Of a stretch of DNA of 32,000 nucleotides, positions 1 to 9,633 are shown piece after piece. The stretch is from Candidatus Nanosynbacter lyticus (GTDB lineage Bacteria > Patescibacteriota > Saccharimonadia > Saccharimonadales > Saccharimonadaceae). The position numbers were made by a program, and so were the translations under genes. Below the pieces are notes generated by a model that saw nothing but the letters and a program-made list of their open reading frames with translations, was not told where the DNA came from and ran no database searches. Every line of letters starts with the position of its first letter. Position 1 is the first letter of the stretch. The stretch is from assembly GCF_030253515.1 (NCBI RefSeq), contig NZ_CP124549.1, forward strand, positions 690,001 through 722,000, read 5' to 3'.

Positions 1-1335
1 GGTTAGTGGCGCTACCCCAGGCTGGCGGTCCGCCATATCAGGCTGCGTGCCACGGAAGATCCTTACACAGGACCCATATGCCATTCGCTGCTCTTTATCT
101 ATCATCTCCTGCGTCACCTCTTGATTATCCTTTAACTTCCCAAGTAGACGATATCGCCACGCTGTCTCGAACACCGTGCGAAAATCTGCACCCTGCTCCG
201 CCAGCGAGATATTAATGTAGTGGCCAAGTTTTGCAGCTGTCCATTTCGGCACAGTATCACCAATCATTTCCTCAACCGTCGTCGCCAGCCCCTCTTCAAA
301 GGTCAGGTAATCTGGTCGTGGAGTATCAGTGAACAAACCCATCCCGAGGACCGATAGCTTTGTCTTCAGTCCATTGATTGAACGCTGCCCATGTACTCCA
401 AATTCGTGTAGTACCTTACGAAACAGCTCATCACTTGTCTTGATCGGCGCTCGCTTCCCACCAACTACCACTGCCATCTCTGGAGATTCCCAAGATAGCG
501 CAGTCTTATTTTCTACTAGCTTCACCGTTACGCCGCTGGTATGATCAGGGTCGCGCAGATTGATCACTGCTTGAAACGCTTCGACGATATCAGCTGGACC
601 GCATACATATTCTTCACCACATTCTTTGACTTTCTGGCCCCATAACTCCTGCACCAGCGCCTGAATATCAGCATTGTGCTCAATAATCTGCTCACCAGCC
701 CACTCCAATGCCTGATTATCCTCAAAGCGAGGAAGTCGTGCTTCATCATCTTCAGCACGGAGCATCGCCGGTATTACCTGGTCCTGCCAGTTAAAGCCAT
801 TCGCTAACTCATCGTACAAAACCTGTGCGGTCGGGTGATAGGCTTTGCCGTCTAGTATATTCCACAGCTCATTAAGCGCCGCATCACGAATCTCTGGCTG
901 CGGCTGACCGTATAATTCATGACCAAGCTGTCGAGCTTGCTCCTGCACCTCACTCAACTCTTCTTGATTTCCCCCTTCATGATGTAAAAACTCTAGCTGA
1001 CCGAGCAACTTCACATATTCCATTTCCGCCATGCGAAACGCAAGCGACGAACCAATCGCCTCACGGGATACTGAGTCAGGCTCACGATCAGTCGCCTCTT
1101 CACGAGCTCGACCAAGTGCTATAACACCCTTATCTAGTGCCGACATATCGCGAAGACGCCGGTGTTCAAAGCGAGGATTACGAAACTTCCCAGCGATAAA
1201 GTCCTCTCGCTGATCGAGCGCATTATTAACAAGTTCTGTATACGACTGAAACCCGGCTTCAGGAAGATTGTGAGGATTAATAATCTCTTCAATCGTTCGC
1301 GGTTGGCGCGGTACCATTTCGAGCACTATACTCAT
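1..1335 (-). CDS. DUF1704-like (QEGLA-motif) putative metallocarboxypeptidase; C-terminus runs off the left edge
   Basis: Absent from the ORF track because it has no stop codon inside the window. Hand translation of the minus strand from the ATG at 1335 (MSIVLEMVPRQPRTIEE...) stays open for 445 codons down to base 1. It contains LHEFGVHGQR (an HExxH-like zinc site) and LTFEEGLATT, which resembles the QEGLA motif of the DUF1704 family. Confidence 0.6.
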   Translation of the reverse strand, partial: MSIVLEMVPRQPRTIEEIINPHNLPEAGFQSYTELVNNALDQREDFIAGKFRNPRFEHRRLRDMSALDKGVIALGRAREEATDREPDSVSREAIGSSLAFRMAEMEYVKLLGQLEFLHHEGGNQEELSEVQEQARQLGHELYGQPQPEIRDAALNELWNILDGKAYHPTAQVLYDELANGFNWQDQVIPAMLRAEDDEARLPRFEDNQALEWAGEQIIEHNADIQALVQELWGQKVKECGEEYVCGPADIVEAFQAVINLRDPDHTSGVTVKLVENKTALSWESPEMAVVVGGKRAPIKTSDELFRKVLHEFGVHGQRSINGLKTKLSVLGMGLFTDTPRPDYLTFEEGLATTVEEMIGDTVPKWTAAKLGHYINISLAEQGADFRTVFETAWRYRLLGKLKDNQEVTQEMIDKEQRMAYGSCVRIFRGTQPDMADRQPGVAPLT

Positions 1336-1376
1336 TTTTTCATGATAGCATATTTATGCAAAAAAGCAAGTACGTA

Positions 1377-2492
1377 TTACGAAAACAGTCCGCGCCTCCT
1401 CGCACCATCAAACTGTTCCAGTAGTTCTCGCTGCTTCTTACTCAGTTTGGTTGGCGTATCGACGATGACGCCGACGATGTGCGGGCCGCGTTCGTCATTT
1501 CTCAAGTGCGGCACGCCGTGGTCTGATAACTTAAAATCAGTCCCCGACTGGGTGCCGGCTGGGATTTTCATCCGCACGGTGCCATCCACGGTTTCCACAT
1601 CAATTTCCGTTCCCAGCGCTGCATCAACCATCGAGATATGCTCTTCTGACAGGATAATGTCGCCTTCACGAGTGAACTTCTTATGCGCCTTGACACGAAT
1701 GTGAACGTATAGGTCGCCGCGCGGGCCGCCTTGAACAGCTTCGCCACGACCATGCAGGCGGATCGTCGCGCCATCATCAATACCAGCTGGGATCTTGACC
1801 GTGATCTCCTGGCGCTGGCGAGTCGTACCCTTACCGCCACAGACTGAACAGTTTTGCTCTGGAATCTTGCCGCGGCCGTGACAGGTCGGACAGGTGACTG
1901 CTTGCTGAATTTGTCCAAAAATCGAGTTCATGACGCGAGTCTGCTGACCAGAACCCTTGCAGTCCTCACAGGTTTTTAAGCTATGGCCCGGCTCGACGCC
2001 ATCGCCATGACAATGTTCACACTCAGCGTCTAGGGTTATGTTCAAGTTCTTTTCTGTGCCAAACACCGCCTCTTCAAAACTCAGAGTTACATTAGTTTCA
2101 ACGTCACGACCGCGTCGCGCACCACCCCGTGAACCAGTCGCGCCGCCACCGAAAAATTGACTGAAAATATCGCCAAACATACCGCCATCACCACCAAAGT
2201 CAAACTGCACGTTTTGCCCGCCAAAACCGCCAAATCCTTCGAACGGATTGCCGCCAAAGCCACCACCTGCTGCGCCGCCGACACCAGCATGACCAAACTG
2301 GTCGTAGCGCTGGCGCTTTTGTTTGTCTTTTAGGACTTCATACGCCTCGTTGACCTCTTTGAATTTAGCTTCATCGCCGCCCTCTTTGTCGGGATGGTAC
2401 TTGACCGCTGCTTTACGAAAAGCCTTCTTAATCTCATCCTCAGAAGCAGTTTTCGACACGCCTAACACTTCATAATAATCGCGCTTGCTCAT
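1377..2492 (-). CDS. dnaJ: Molecular chaperone DnaJ (Hsp40)
   Basis: J-domain with HPD ([13 protein letters not shown]), a Gly/Phe-rich linker, and four CxxCxGxG zinc-finger repeats ([32 protein letters not shown]). 371 aa. Confidence 0.95.
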   Translation of the reverse strand: MSKRDYYEVLGVSKTASEDEIKKAFRKAAVKYHPDKEGGDEAKFKEVNEAYEVLKDKQKRQRYDQFGHAGVGGAAGGGFGGNPFEGFGGFGGQNVQFDFGGDGGMFGDIFSQFFGGGATGSRGGARRGRDVETNVTLSFEEAVFGTEKNLNITLDAECEHCHGDGVEPGHSLKTCEDCKGSGQQTRVMNSIFGQIQQAVTCPTCHGRGKIPEQNCSVCGGKGTTRQRQEITVKIPAGIDDGATIRLHGRGEAVQGGPRGDLYVHIRVKAHKKFTREGDIILSEEHISMVDAALGTEIDVETVDGTVRMKIPAGTQSGTDFKLSDHGVPHLRNDERGPHIVGVIVDTPTKLSKKQRELLEQFDGARRRGLFS

Positions 2493-2511
2493 ATGTGTTC
2501 ATTATACGCTT

Positions 2512-2538
2512 TTAGCACTCGACATGCAAGAGTGCTAG
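2512..2538 (-). promoter_or_regulatory. CIRCE operator (HrcA binding site) upstream of dnaJ
   Basis: ttagcactc-N9-gagtgctag matches the CIRCE consensus TTAGCACTC-N9-GAGTGCTAA with 1 mismatch. On the minus strand it lies 5 nt upstream of a TATAAT box (2501-2506), which sits 8 nt from the dnaJ ATG. Confidence 0.85.
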
Positions 2539-2574
2539 CCTTAACCGTGCTATACTGAGCATAGAAGAGGTGCT

Positions 2575-3117
2575 ATGAAACAGACAGCAATTATCAATTC
2601 AGAAATCAAGGCTCGGTGTGCCGATCAAGAGGCGGTGCGCCACCATCTGCGTGAGCATGGCGCGGACTTTAAGGAGACGGAGCATCAAATTGACACGTAT
2701 TTTGATGTACCCGAGGGGCGCCTGAAATTGCGCCAGGGGCCGATCGAAAATAACCTGATCTTTTATCAGCGGGCCGATACCGATGGGCCGAAGCAATCGA
2801 CTATCAACTTATCACCCGTGGCACCGGACTCAACTATTGGTGAGGTGCTAACAGCGGCGCTTGGTGTGCGTGTCATCGTCGATAAGCAGCGCGAGATTTA
2901 CTTCATCGACAATATCAAGTTTCATATCGACACCGTTAAGGATCTCGGGAATTTTGTCGAAATTGAAGCTATTGATACCGACGGCAAACGAAACGCCAAG
3001 GAACTGGAGCAACAATGCTCATACTACATGCGTGAACTTGGTATCAGGGCTATAGATTTAGTCGTTGGCTCGTATAGTGACTTGTTGGAGCATGGTAACG
3101 ATATTCAAGCGACATAG
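2575..3117 (+). CDS. CYTH-domain protein / class IV (CyaB-like) adenylate cyclase family
   Basis: About 180 aa. N-terminal EIKAR, a QIDTYFD..GRLKLRQ core and FVEIEA near the C-terminus are typical of CYTH/CyaB proteins. Leader has a TGcTATACT -10 box and an agaagagg SD. Confidence 0.65.
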   Translation: MKQTAIINSEIKARCADQEAVRHHLREHGADFKETEHQIDTYFDVPEGRLKLRQGPIENNLIFYQRADTDGPKQSTINLSPVAPDSTIGEVLTAALGVRVIVDKQREIYFIDNIKFHIDTVKDLGNFVEIEAIDTDGKRNAKELEQQCSYYMRELGIRAIDLVVGSYSDLLEHGNDIQAT

Positions 3118-3209
3118 GACCCTTCTACACTGACCTTTCTTTAGCCCAGTCTGTATTTAGTATAGTTGTGATTTGACATACTATATATTATTGTTATATT
3201 TAAGTTACT

Positions 3210-3956
3210 ATGCTCTTCCGCACAATACCTCGTCCCAATCTTGAAATCACCTGGTATCGCCAGAATGGGGTGTTTAATTTCACTAACTCAGACGACGAGC
3301 TAGTGACGGGTGTATCAGCTCAGACATGGGAAGATTATCTAGATCATATCGAAAATTTGCCAAGCAAAGTTTCAGGACAAGTCATTAGTCCAGAATTGAT
3401 AACCATTACTGATATACCATTTGAGAAAGTGGCAAGATTTCGACAAGAAATTGGCGAGAGGATTTTGCAGCTATGTGAGATTTCACACGATCTACCCAAT
3501 GCCGACTTCATGGTCGGCACACCCAGTTTTTGTGGTGATACGGAATTGCCGTATAACACTCTCGTGAAGATCACCAATGGCCAATGTGAAACAAAGTCGC
3601 GAAAATGGCTTCTTACACTCAGTGAAGAGGGTAATTTTCGGCCCGCCCTAACCACTCAGACACTCCAGCAGCCATATTCAACTCAATCATTAATCTGCGC
3701 CGACATGGTCGTAGCACCATCTCTTCTGCGTGAAGATACTCGTCATGTGCAGGTTAGCGCCTGTTGGGCAACGCCTGGTTTTAGCCATCCTAACTACCAA
3801 CCGCCGCCAGATGAGAAGCGCTATACAGATGCAATGATCTATGCGATTAATCAACTTTTTACCGCTCACCTTGTCCGAGATCTTGTCGTAGTTGATCGTA
3901 CGCCGCCGACTACCAAAATTCCACCACTCAACTGTGTCGTCCAGCGAAAAATATAA
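3210..3956 (+). CDS. Hypothetical protein (248 aa), no recognisable motif
   Basis: Long ORF preceded by TTGACA (3173-3178), a 16-nt spacer and TATATT (3195-3200). The flanks are AT-rich. It lies between dnaJ and dnaK on the opposite strand. Confidence 0.5.
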   Translation: MLFRTIPRPNLEITWYRQNGVFNFTNSDDELVTGVSAQTWEDYLDHIENLPSKVSGQVISPELITITDIPFEKVARFRQEIGERILQLCEISHDLPNADFMVGTPSFCGDTELPYNTLVKITNGQCETKSRKWLLTLSEEGNFRPALTTQTLQQPYSTQSLICADMVVAPSLLREDTRHVQVSACWATPGFSHPNYQPPPDEKRYTDAMIYAINQLFTAHLVRDLVVVDRTPPTTKIPPLNCVVQRKI

Positions 3957-3978
3957 TACCCCGGAGACTTGGGGTATT
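3944..3978 (-). terminator. Rho-independent terminator for dnaK; also a hairpin after the convergent + strand ORF
   Basis: Perfect 8-bp stem AATACCCC (3955-3962) / GGGGTATT (3971-3978) with an 8-nt loop. On the minus strand it is followed by ATATTTTTCG. It sits between the convergent stops at 3956 and 4002. Confidence 0.7.
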
Positions 3979-4001
3979 ATATTAGCCTACATCAGACTCT
4001 G

Positions 4002-5894
4002 TTATTTCTCGTCAACCACCTCGCCCTCGACTGGCTCGTCTTTGTCAGACTTTTTGTCGTCCTTCGACTCGCCAGCCTTGTTGTCCTCAGCAGCTTGCTG
4101 ATACATTTTGGCGCCAATTGGCATGATAGCGTCCTGCAGTGCTTTGGCTGCCGCTTCTAGTTCATCCTTGTCGTCAGCATCTTTGTGATTTTCTGCTTCT
4201 TTGACCGCCTCGTCAATCGCCTTTTTATCGTCGTCAGAGATCTTGTCCTTAAACTCATCCGGCATTTTCTTGGCCTGGTAGATAGCGTTTTCCAGCTGGT
4301 TCTTGGCGTCAACCGTTTCGCGCTTTTTCTTATCCTCGTCAGCGTGCAGCTCAGCTTCTTTCTGGGCTTTTTCGATATCTTCCTTGCTCATGTTGCCAGA
4401 GTTTTGGATGGTAATTGATTGTTCCTTGCCAGTGCCTTTATCTTTGGCGGTAACATTAAGGATACCGTTAGCATCAATGTTAAACGTCACTTCAATCTGC
4501 GGCACGCCGCGTGGCGCTGGTGCGATACCATCAAGCACAAATCGACCCAAGCTCTTGTTGTCATTGGCGAATTCGCGCTCACCCTGCAAGACGTGAATCT
4601 CCACTTGCGGCTGATTGTCAGCAGCCGTCGAGAACACTTCGCTCTTGCTGGTTGGTACAGTGGTGTTACGCTCGATCAGCTTGGTCGACACACCGCCCAT
4701 TGTCTCAATACCAAGGCTTAACGGCGTCACGTCCAGCAGCAGCACATCCTTGACGTCGCCTGCCAACACGCCGCCCTGAATAGCTGCACCGACAGCCACC
4801 ACTTCGTCTGGGTTAACACCTTGCATTGGATCTTTGCCGAACAGCTTCTTCACCCGCTCGACCACTGCTGGCATCCGGGTCATACCGCCAACCATAACAA
4901 CATTTTGGATGTCAGATTTTGACAATTTAGCGTCTTTGAGTGCTTTTTCAACTGGACCGTCAAGACGCGCCAACAGATCTTTCACCAAATCTTCCAACTT
5001 CGCCCGCGTTAGACTCAATTCAAAGTGCTTTGGCCCGTCAGCGTCAGCGGTAATAAACGGAATATTAACTTCGTATTCAGTGACTGTTGATAGCTCCTTC
5101 TTAGCCTTTTCGGCTTCGTCCTTTAGACGCTGCATGGCTGCATTGTCTTTACGTAGGTCGATGCCTTCTTTAGACTTAAAGTCATCCAGGAAGTAATTAA
5201 CGATGACATTGTCAAAGTCTTCACCACCCAGGTGGGTGTCACCATTCGTGGCTTTCACTTCAAACACACCGTCGCCGAGCTCCAGGATGGAAACGTCAAA
5301 GGTACCACCACCAAGGTCAAACACCACGATGGTTTCGTCATTTTTACCCTTCTCCAGGCCGTACGCCAGAGCAGCGGCCGTCGGCTCATTGATGATGCGC
5401 TTAACTTCCAGGCCAGCAATTTTACCGGCGTCTTTGGTGGCTTGACGCTGCGAATCGTCAAAGTAGGCTGGCACAGTGATAACTGCTTCGGTGACTTTTT
5501 CGCCCAGGAAGGCTTCGGCATCGGCCTTAATTTTGCCGAGGATCATGGCTGAAACTTCTTCTGGCGTGTATTCCTTGCCACCCATTTCCACGGCCACACC
5601 CGCACCTTTCTTGACGATCTTAAACGGCATGAGGCCACGGTCTTTTTGGACTTCTTTGTCATCAAACTTACGGCCAATAAAGCGCTTGACACCATAAATT
5701 GTGTTCTTTGGATTAGTCACACGCTGACGCTGCGCTACTTGCCCAACCAAGCGTTCGCCCTTTTTATTAATCGCTACCACTGATGGCGTCGTACGATTAC
5801 CTTCGGCGTTAGCGATGACTTCCGGCTTACCCGCCAGCATGTACGCAAAGGCGCTGTTGGTTGTACCGAGGTCGATTCCGATAATTTTACCCAT
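4002..5894 (-). CDS. dnaK: Molecular chaperone DnaK (Hsp70)
   Basis: [21 protein letters not shown], a substrate-binding domain and an acidic C-terminal tail. I place the start at the Met of [10 protein letters not shown] (5894), which has an aaagggga SD upstream, rather than at the track start of 5921. Confidence 0.95.
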   Translation of the reverse strand: MGKIIGIDLGTTNSAFAYMLAGKPEVIANAEGNRTTPSVVAINKKGERLVGQVAQRQRVTNPKNTIYGVKRFIGRKFDDKEVQKDRGLMPFKIVKKGAGVAVEMGGKEYTPEEVSAMILGKIKADAEAFLGEKVTEAVITVPAYFDDSQRQATKDAGKIAGLEVKRIINEPTAAALAYGLEKGKNDETIVVFDLGGGTFDVSILELGDGVFEVKATNGDTHLGGEDFDNVIVNYFLDDFKSKEGIDLRKDNAAMQRLKDEAEKAKKELSTVTEYEVNIPFITADADGPKHFELSLTRAKLEDLVKDLLARLDGPVEKALKDAKLSKSDIQNVVMVGGMTRMPAVVERVKKLFGKDPMQGVNPDEVVAVGAAIQGGVLAGDVKDVLLLDVTPLSLGIETMGGVSTKLIERNTTVPTSKSEVFSTAADNQPQVEIHVLQGEREFANDNKSLGRFVLDGIAPAPRGVPQIEVTFNIDANGILNVTAKDKGTGKEQSITIQNSGNMSKEDIEKAQKEAELHADEDKKKRETVDAKNQLENAIYQAKKMPDEFKDKISDDDKKAIDEAVKEAENHKDADDKDELEAAAKALQDAIMPIGAKMYQQAAEDNKAGESKDDKKSDKDEPVEGEVVDEK

Positions 5895-5945
5895 ATGATT
5901 CCCCTTTCTTGTTTTGATCACATCTGGTTTTTGCTTATATCCATT

Positions 5946-5972
5946 TTAGCACTCTTTATTAACGAGTGCCAA
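5946..5972 (-). promoter_or_regulatory. CIRCE operator, dnaK-proximal copy
   Basis: ttagcactc-N9-gagtgccaa, 1 mismatch to consensus. It lies just downstream of a candidate TATACT -10 box (5980-5985, minus strand), so it would be at the 5' end of a dnaK transcript. Confidence 0.8.
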
Positions 5973-5990
5973 CTATTTCAGTATAAATAA

Positions 5991-6017
5991 TTAGCACTCC
6001 CGTGTCAAGAGTGCTAA
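5991..6017 (-). promoter_or_regulatory. CIRCE operator, dnaK-distal copy (perfect consensus)
   Basis: ttagcactc-ccgtgtcaa-gagtgctaa is a perfect match to TTAGCACTC-N9-GAGTGCTAA. It sits between the grpE stop (6037) and the dnaK start, 5 nt upstream of the TATACT box. Confidence 0.9.
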
Positions 6018-6036
6018 TTTATTTTGTGACAACCAG

Positions 6037-6561
6037 TTATTTCTCTGATGTGTCAGTGTTTACCCTGACATTCGTCTGCGGTGATTCCGATGACTGGCGC
6101 GTCACTTTAACCATCGCGTCGCGAATTACTACGCCGTCTAGTGTATAGCCAGCACGTAGTTCCTCAGCAATCACTTCTTTGTCGCCTTCTGCTGATTCGT
6201 CAAATTGAATAGCTTGGTGTAGTTCAGGATTAAATACTGTGCCGGGTTTAGCGTCGATTTGCTCGAGGCCGATTTCTTTCAGTTGCTTATCAAGCTGTTT
6301 ATTCAGGCCAGCCACACCTTTCGCCCAGGCGTTATCCGCTAGTTCCTCCGGCACATTGGCAATCGCTCGCTCAATCGTGTCAATCACTGGTAACAATTTC
6401 ATCACTGACTTAGCCTGACCCATTTGATGCGCTGACTGTTTTTCCGCCTCGACACGCTTGCGGTAGTTCTCAAAATCCGCCCGCGTCCGCTGCAAATCCA
6501 ACGTCAACTCGCCCAACTGCTGCTCCAAATCTTCAGTTTTTTTAGCCTTACTCTTCGTCAT
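6037..6561 (-). CDS. grpE: Nucleotide exchange factor GrpE
   Basis: RTRADFENYRKRVEAEK, LLPVIDTIERA and a C-terminal beta domain (GYTLDGVVIRDAMVKV). SD aggagg. Sits between hrcA and dnaK. Confidence 0.9.
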   Translation of the reverse strand: MTKSKAKKTEDLEQQLGELTLDLQRTRADFENYRKRVEAEKQSAHQMGQAKSVMKLLPVIDTIERAIANVPEELADNAWAKGVAGLNKQLDKQLKEIGLEQIDAKPGTVFNPELHQAIQFDESAEGDKEVIAEELRAGYTLDGVVIRDAMVKVTRQSSESPQTNVRVNTDTSEK

Positions 6562-6707
6562 TTTTTCCTCCTTCTAAACGGCCAAAACGGCTCGTCGCCA
6601 TACGTACAGGGAAAAGACACTACCATAGCCATGAAAATAATAATCAAAATAATCACTACTAGCCACGTTGGCAAGCCGCTCAGTAGTCCGCCAATCCATT
6701 CAGCCAT
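6558..6707 (-). CDS. Small predicted membrane protein (49 aa) nested between hrcA and grpE
   Basis: Below the ORF-track size cut-off, so translated by hand: MAEWIGGLLSGLPTWLVVIILIIIFMAMVVSFPCTYGDEPFWPFRRRKK. It has one hydrophobic helix and a basic tail. An AGGAGG lies 7 nt upstream. Its ATG overlaps the hrcA TAA (TAATG) and its TGA overlaps the grpE ATG (ATGA). Confidence 0.5.
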   Translation of the reverse strand: MAEWIGGLLSGLPTWLVVIILIIIFMAMVVSFPCTYGDEPFWPFRRRKK

Positions 6708-7417
6708 TACAATACCTCCTCTAACATCGCACCGGTTCGCCTAACCAGCTCCATCGTTCGGCGGTAATTTTGCCGCGTCGGGCCGATGACACCGATATAG
6801 CTATCATCACTAAACTGCGAGCGGAATTTACTAATAATCAGCGTAGCGCCACTACTTTTACCAATCGGGTTTTCACTGCCAATAAACACATTCAGCGGCT
6901 GGTTCGGCGCTGCTTCATGCAGCCACGGCTCGATATTATCAATCAACCCGGCAATCGCCTGCACGTGTCCGCCCTCGACAAACTCTGGCTGAGAAAACAG
7001 CTGCGTCATGCCATTCATATACAAGTGCGTACCAAACGACGCAAAACCAAAGTTACCCGTCAACTCCACCAAGCTGTCAACGGCGCTACGAATTGCTCGG
7101 TCGGACGTATCAACGTGCGAATTGACATGCGCTTCGATCGCTCTCGCACTGCGATCGATACCGCTCGGCAGCTCGGTCATCTGCGCGTCGGTGATGCCAT
7201 TGACGTACAATCGATAGCCCTTATCGGTAGGAATGCGCCCAGCGCTGGTGTGCGGCGCCTCGATAAAACCCATCTCCTCGAGCTTGGCCATTTCGCTGCG
7301 AATGGTGGCGCTGGATACGCCAAACAATTTGGCTAGCGTCACGCTGCCAACCGGCGCCGCAATCTCGGCATATTGCTCAATAATGGCGGCTAAAATCGCT
7401 TGTTGACGTTCGGTCAT
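6707..7417 (-). CDS. hrcA: Heat-inducible transcription repressor HrcA (compact form, about 236 aa)
   Basis: N-terminal winged helix (ERQQAILAAIIEQYAEIAAPVGSVTLAKLFGVSSATIRSEMAKLEEMGFIEAPHTSAGRIPTDKGYRLYV) and a C-terminal IGPTRQNYRRTMELV motif. Start taken at 7417 (MTERQQ) because TGcTACAAT lies 6 nt upstream and the CIRCE site covers the longer track start. Confidence 0.85.
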   Translation of the reverse strand: MTERQQAILAAIIEQYAEIAAPVGSVTLAKLFGVSSATIRSEMAKLEEMGFIEAPHTSAGRIPTDKGYRLYVNGITDAQMTELPSGIDRSARAIEAHVNSHVDTSDRAIRSAVDSLVELTGNFGFASFGTHLYMNGMTQLFSQPEFVEGGHVQAIAGLIDNIEPWLHEAAPNQPLNVFIGSENPIGKSSGATLIISKFRSQFSDDSYIGVIGPTRQNYRRTMELVRRTGAMLEEVL

Positions 7418-7437
7418 AGGCTCATTGTAGCATGAAT

Positions 7438-7464
7438 CTAGCACTCATCGCAAGCGAGTGCTAA
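7438..7464 (-). promoter_or_regulatory. CIRCE operator upstream of hrcA
   Basis: ctagcactc-N9-gagtgctaa, 1 mismatch. It lies 8 nt upstream of the TACAAT -10 box (7424-7429) and overlaps the stop codon of the upstream gene (7461-7463). Confidence 0.85.
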
Positions 7465-8861
7465 TGCGACCTTGCCGCGCGCCTGGCCTGGCTACGCGCC
7501 CGCGTAAATCGCCGGGCGGCGTCTGACGAAAACATTAGCACCGCTACAATATTCAGTCCGATGAACAGCAGCGTACTGGCTGTCGACCAGGTTATCTTGC
7601 CGATGGTCAAGGTGAATGAATTAGCGATAACTGCCAGCCCGGATATCATCATCAATACCAGCCGCAATCGATTGCTACCGCTAAATGTCCGACTCACCAG
7701 CACGATAGTCGTGATCACCCACACTGCGCCGAGGACAATTGACGAACCAATCAGCCAATTAGCAATCACCGCCGCGTCATTCACCTGACCGTCCACCATC
7801 AGTTCAGCCACCGTCTGGCTATGAAATTGGTCAATCGCAAGTAATTCAACAACGGTATTGATGATACTGACCGCCAGCGCCGCAAACATCGCCACCACGC
7901 CAAACGCGATCTGTGGCGGCCGCCGACTCCAAAATTGTTGTATCAATGTATCGTGCGCCACTGGCATCACCTCGTGCGAAGTAGCATCGAGAATCACCTC
8001 GTCGCGCTCCTCTATCAAGGACTTGTTGGCGCGCACTCGCTCGACCTCAAGTACCGGCAGATCGCCATCGGTCTGAATGGTATCGCCGCCGCCGTTGCGC
8101 GAATGATACCCGGTGGAAAAATCTTTCAAGGTAGTCACCTCGATTGAAGCGCGTGCCTTGAGCGCCGACTGGACAATATAGTCCCGCTCGATGTCAGTAT
8201 TCTCATCAACCTTATGGGTGATTTGTAGGGTAAACAAGCTAAGACCGACACTCTTGTCGTATGTTCCCGCCGCCAGCCAATCCACCTGATGACCGCCCGG
8301 CAGCAGCCAGCCCTGTGGGCAACGCCAGAAACGCACGTGATGGCGCTTGCCGGGATTACCGTCAACCTCCTGCTGGTAGGCAAAATCTTGCCGCCGCCCA
8401 AATAGAAATAGTGACGAAACCGGCGCTTGCGGATAACTACGCCGCGTCAATATTGCCACCATCATCCGCCACGATGAACGCACGGTTATTTCCTCCGCTA
8501 ACGTCCAGCCAGCCGCGGTCATCGCTTGATGGACCTGCGCCTCCGAGCCGCGCAAAGCCAGATTGACAGGATCACCGAGCAGCCCGTCCGCCGTCCGCGT
8601 TCGCCCGATGAAATAATTCGGCACATACAAGCTGCTCAGGATACGATGCAGCCGCGGCAGTGCCAAGTAAGCCGTAATCAGCCACACTACCACAAACAGC
8701 CCAACCATCCACCAGCCACCCGAATGCCAGCCCTCACGCCACACCAGCCACGCCAGCCAGAACGACGCCGCACCGGCTAATAAGAAAAAGATCTGGTCAA
8801 GCAACCCTGACAGCGACCAAAATGGTCGCCTGAGCGAAAACGACGACTTCTTCGTCGCCAT
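7461..8861 (-). CDS. Membrane protein with LssY C-terminal-like domain
   Basis: N-terminal TM helices, a central DPVNLALRGSEAQVHQAMTAAGW...SSLFLFGRRQDFAYQQEVDGNPGKRHHVRFW block typical of LssY_C, and 4 C-terminal TM helices. Confidence 0.65.
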   Translation of the reverse strand: MATKKSSFSLRRPFWSLSGLLDQIFFLLAGAASFWLAWLVWREGWHSGGWWMVGLFVVVWLITAYLALPRLHRILSSLYVPNYFIGRTRTADGLLGDPVNLALRGSEAQVHQAMTAAGWTLAEEITVRSSWRMMVAILTRRSYPQAPVSSLFLFGRRQDFAYQQEVDGNPGKRHHVRFWRCPQGWLLPGGHQVDWLAAGTYDKSVGLSLFTLQITHKVDENTDIERDYIVQSALKARASIEVTTLKDFSTGYHSRNGGGDTIQTDGDLPVLEVERVRANKSLIEERDEVILDATSHEVMPVAHDTLIQQFWSRRPPQIAFGVVAMFAALAVSIINTVVELLAIDQFHSQTVAELMVDGQVNDAAVIANWLIGSSIVLGAVWVITTIVLVSRTFSGSNRLRLVLMMISGLAVIANSFTLTIGKITWSTASTLLFIGLNIVAVLMFSSDAARRFTRARSQARRAARSH

Positions 8862-9581
8862 CTAGACCGTGTCCTCACCCATCAAATAATCAAGGAGATC
8901 CCGCGCTATCAACCGCGCCTCGTCATCACGCCGATTAAACACGTCACCGCGCTCAATAATCTCGCCGCAAACCCGCACTGCTCGGGTCAAATCATCATTG
9001 ATAATCACGTGGTAATACGGCACTTCCAGCGCATGACTGAGCTCAGCGATGGCCGACTGGCGGCGTTTCGGCCAGGCCGCTTGAAACTCTGCTTCCGTTA
9101 CGTACCGCTGCTTCAATCGCTCCAGCCATGTCGGATAATCCGGCGGTACGATAAAGATAGCGATACAGCCCGGCGCCAATTGCTCATACTCAGCCACGCC
9201 CTGTACGTCAATATCAGTGATCGCCGTTTGCTGATGATCGTGCGCCAATTGCAGCTCGGCTGTCGAGGTGCCATACACCTTGCCGTGAACGAACTTGGCC
9301 TCAATAAACTGATGGCGTTCGAGCATGGTCAGTGCGGTTGCTTGATCAATAAAATGATAATCGATGCCGTCGCGCTCTGGCTGACCGTTATTTGCCCGCG
9401 GCTCCCGCGTGGTGTGCGACACGATATCACGAAATGACGGCGATCGCAATAACCGCCTTTTAATCGTATCCTTGCCCGCGCCGGAAATACCGGTTAGCAG
9501 TGCAATTTTAGTATCTCGCACCAGCGCTACGGCCGCTTCGGTCGGCTGGTACTCCCTGATGACACGTTCAAGATCTGACAT
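8862..9581 (-). CDS. gmk: Guanylate kinase-like nucleoside monophosphate kinase
   Basis: P-loop GISGAGKDT, SHTTREPR..G..DGIDYHFID and FIEAKFVHGKVYGTS follow the guanylate kinase pattern. TGgTATAAT lies 6 nt upstream of the ATG. Confidence 0.7.
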   Translation of the reverse strand: MSDLERVIREYQPTEAAVALVRDTKIALLTGISGAGKDTIKRRLLRSPSFRDIVSHTTREPRANNGQPERDGIDYHFIDQATALTMLERHQFIEAKFVHGKVYGTSTAELQLAHDHQQTAITDIDVQGVAEYEQLAPGCIAIFIVPPDYPTWLERLKQRYVTEAEFQAAWPKRRQSAIAELSHALEVPYYHVIINDDLTRAVRVCGEIIERGDVFNRRDDEARLIARDLLDYLMGEDTV

Positions 9582-9633
9582 ATGAGTATTATACCAGATT
9601 ATTGACTAAGCTTCCGGGAGCAGCTGCGACTTC

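Noticed and set aside
1031-1704. Plus-strand ORFs of 60 and 180 aa spanning the gap between the DUF1704-like gene and dnaJ.
   Set aside because: They overlap the minus-strand DUF1704-like CDS and dnaJ, both of which have clear family motifs. These are shadow ORFs.
4185-5697. Many 70-120-aa plus-strand ORFs inside dnaK. Similar antisense ORFs occur inside dnaJ, hrcA, the LssY_C gene, ftsH, murJ, tilS and the flavoprotein gene.
   Set aside because: They are entirely antisense to, or out of frame with, strongly supported conserved genes. They have odd composition (Ser/Arg/Pro-rich) and no start signals. They are typical shadow ORFs.
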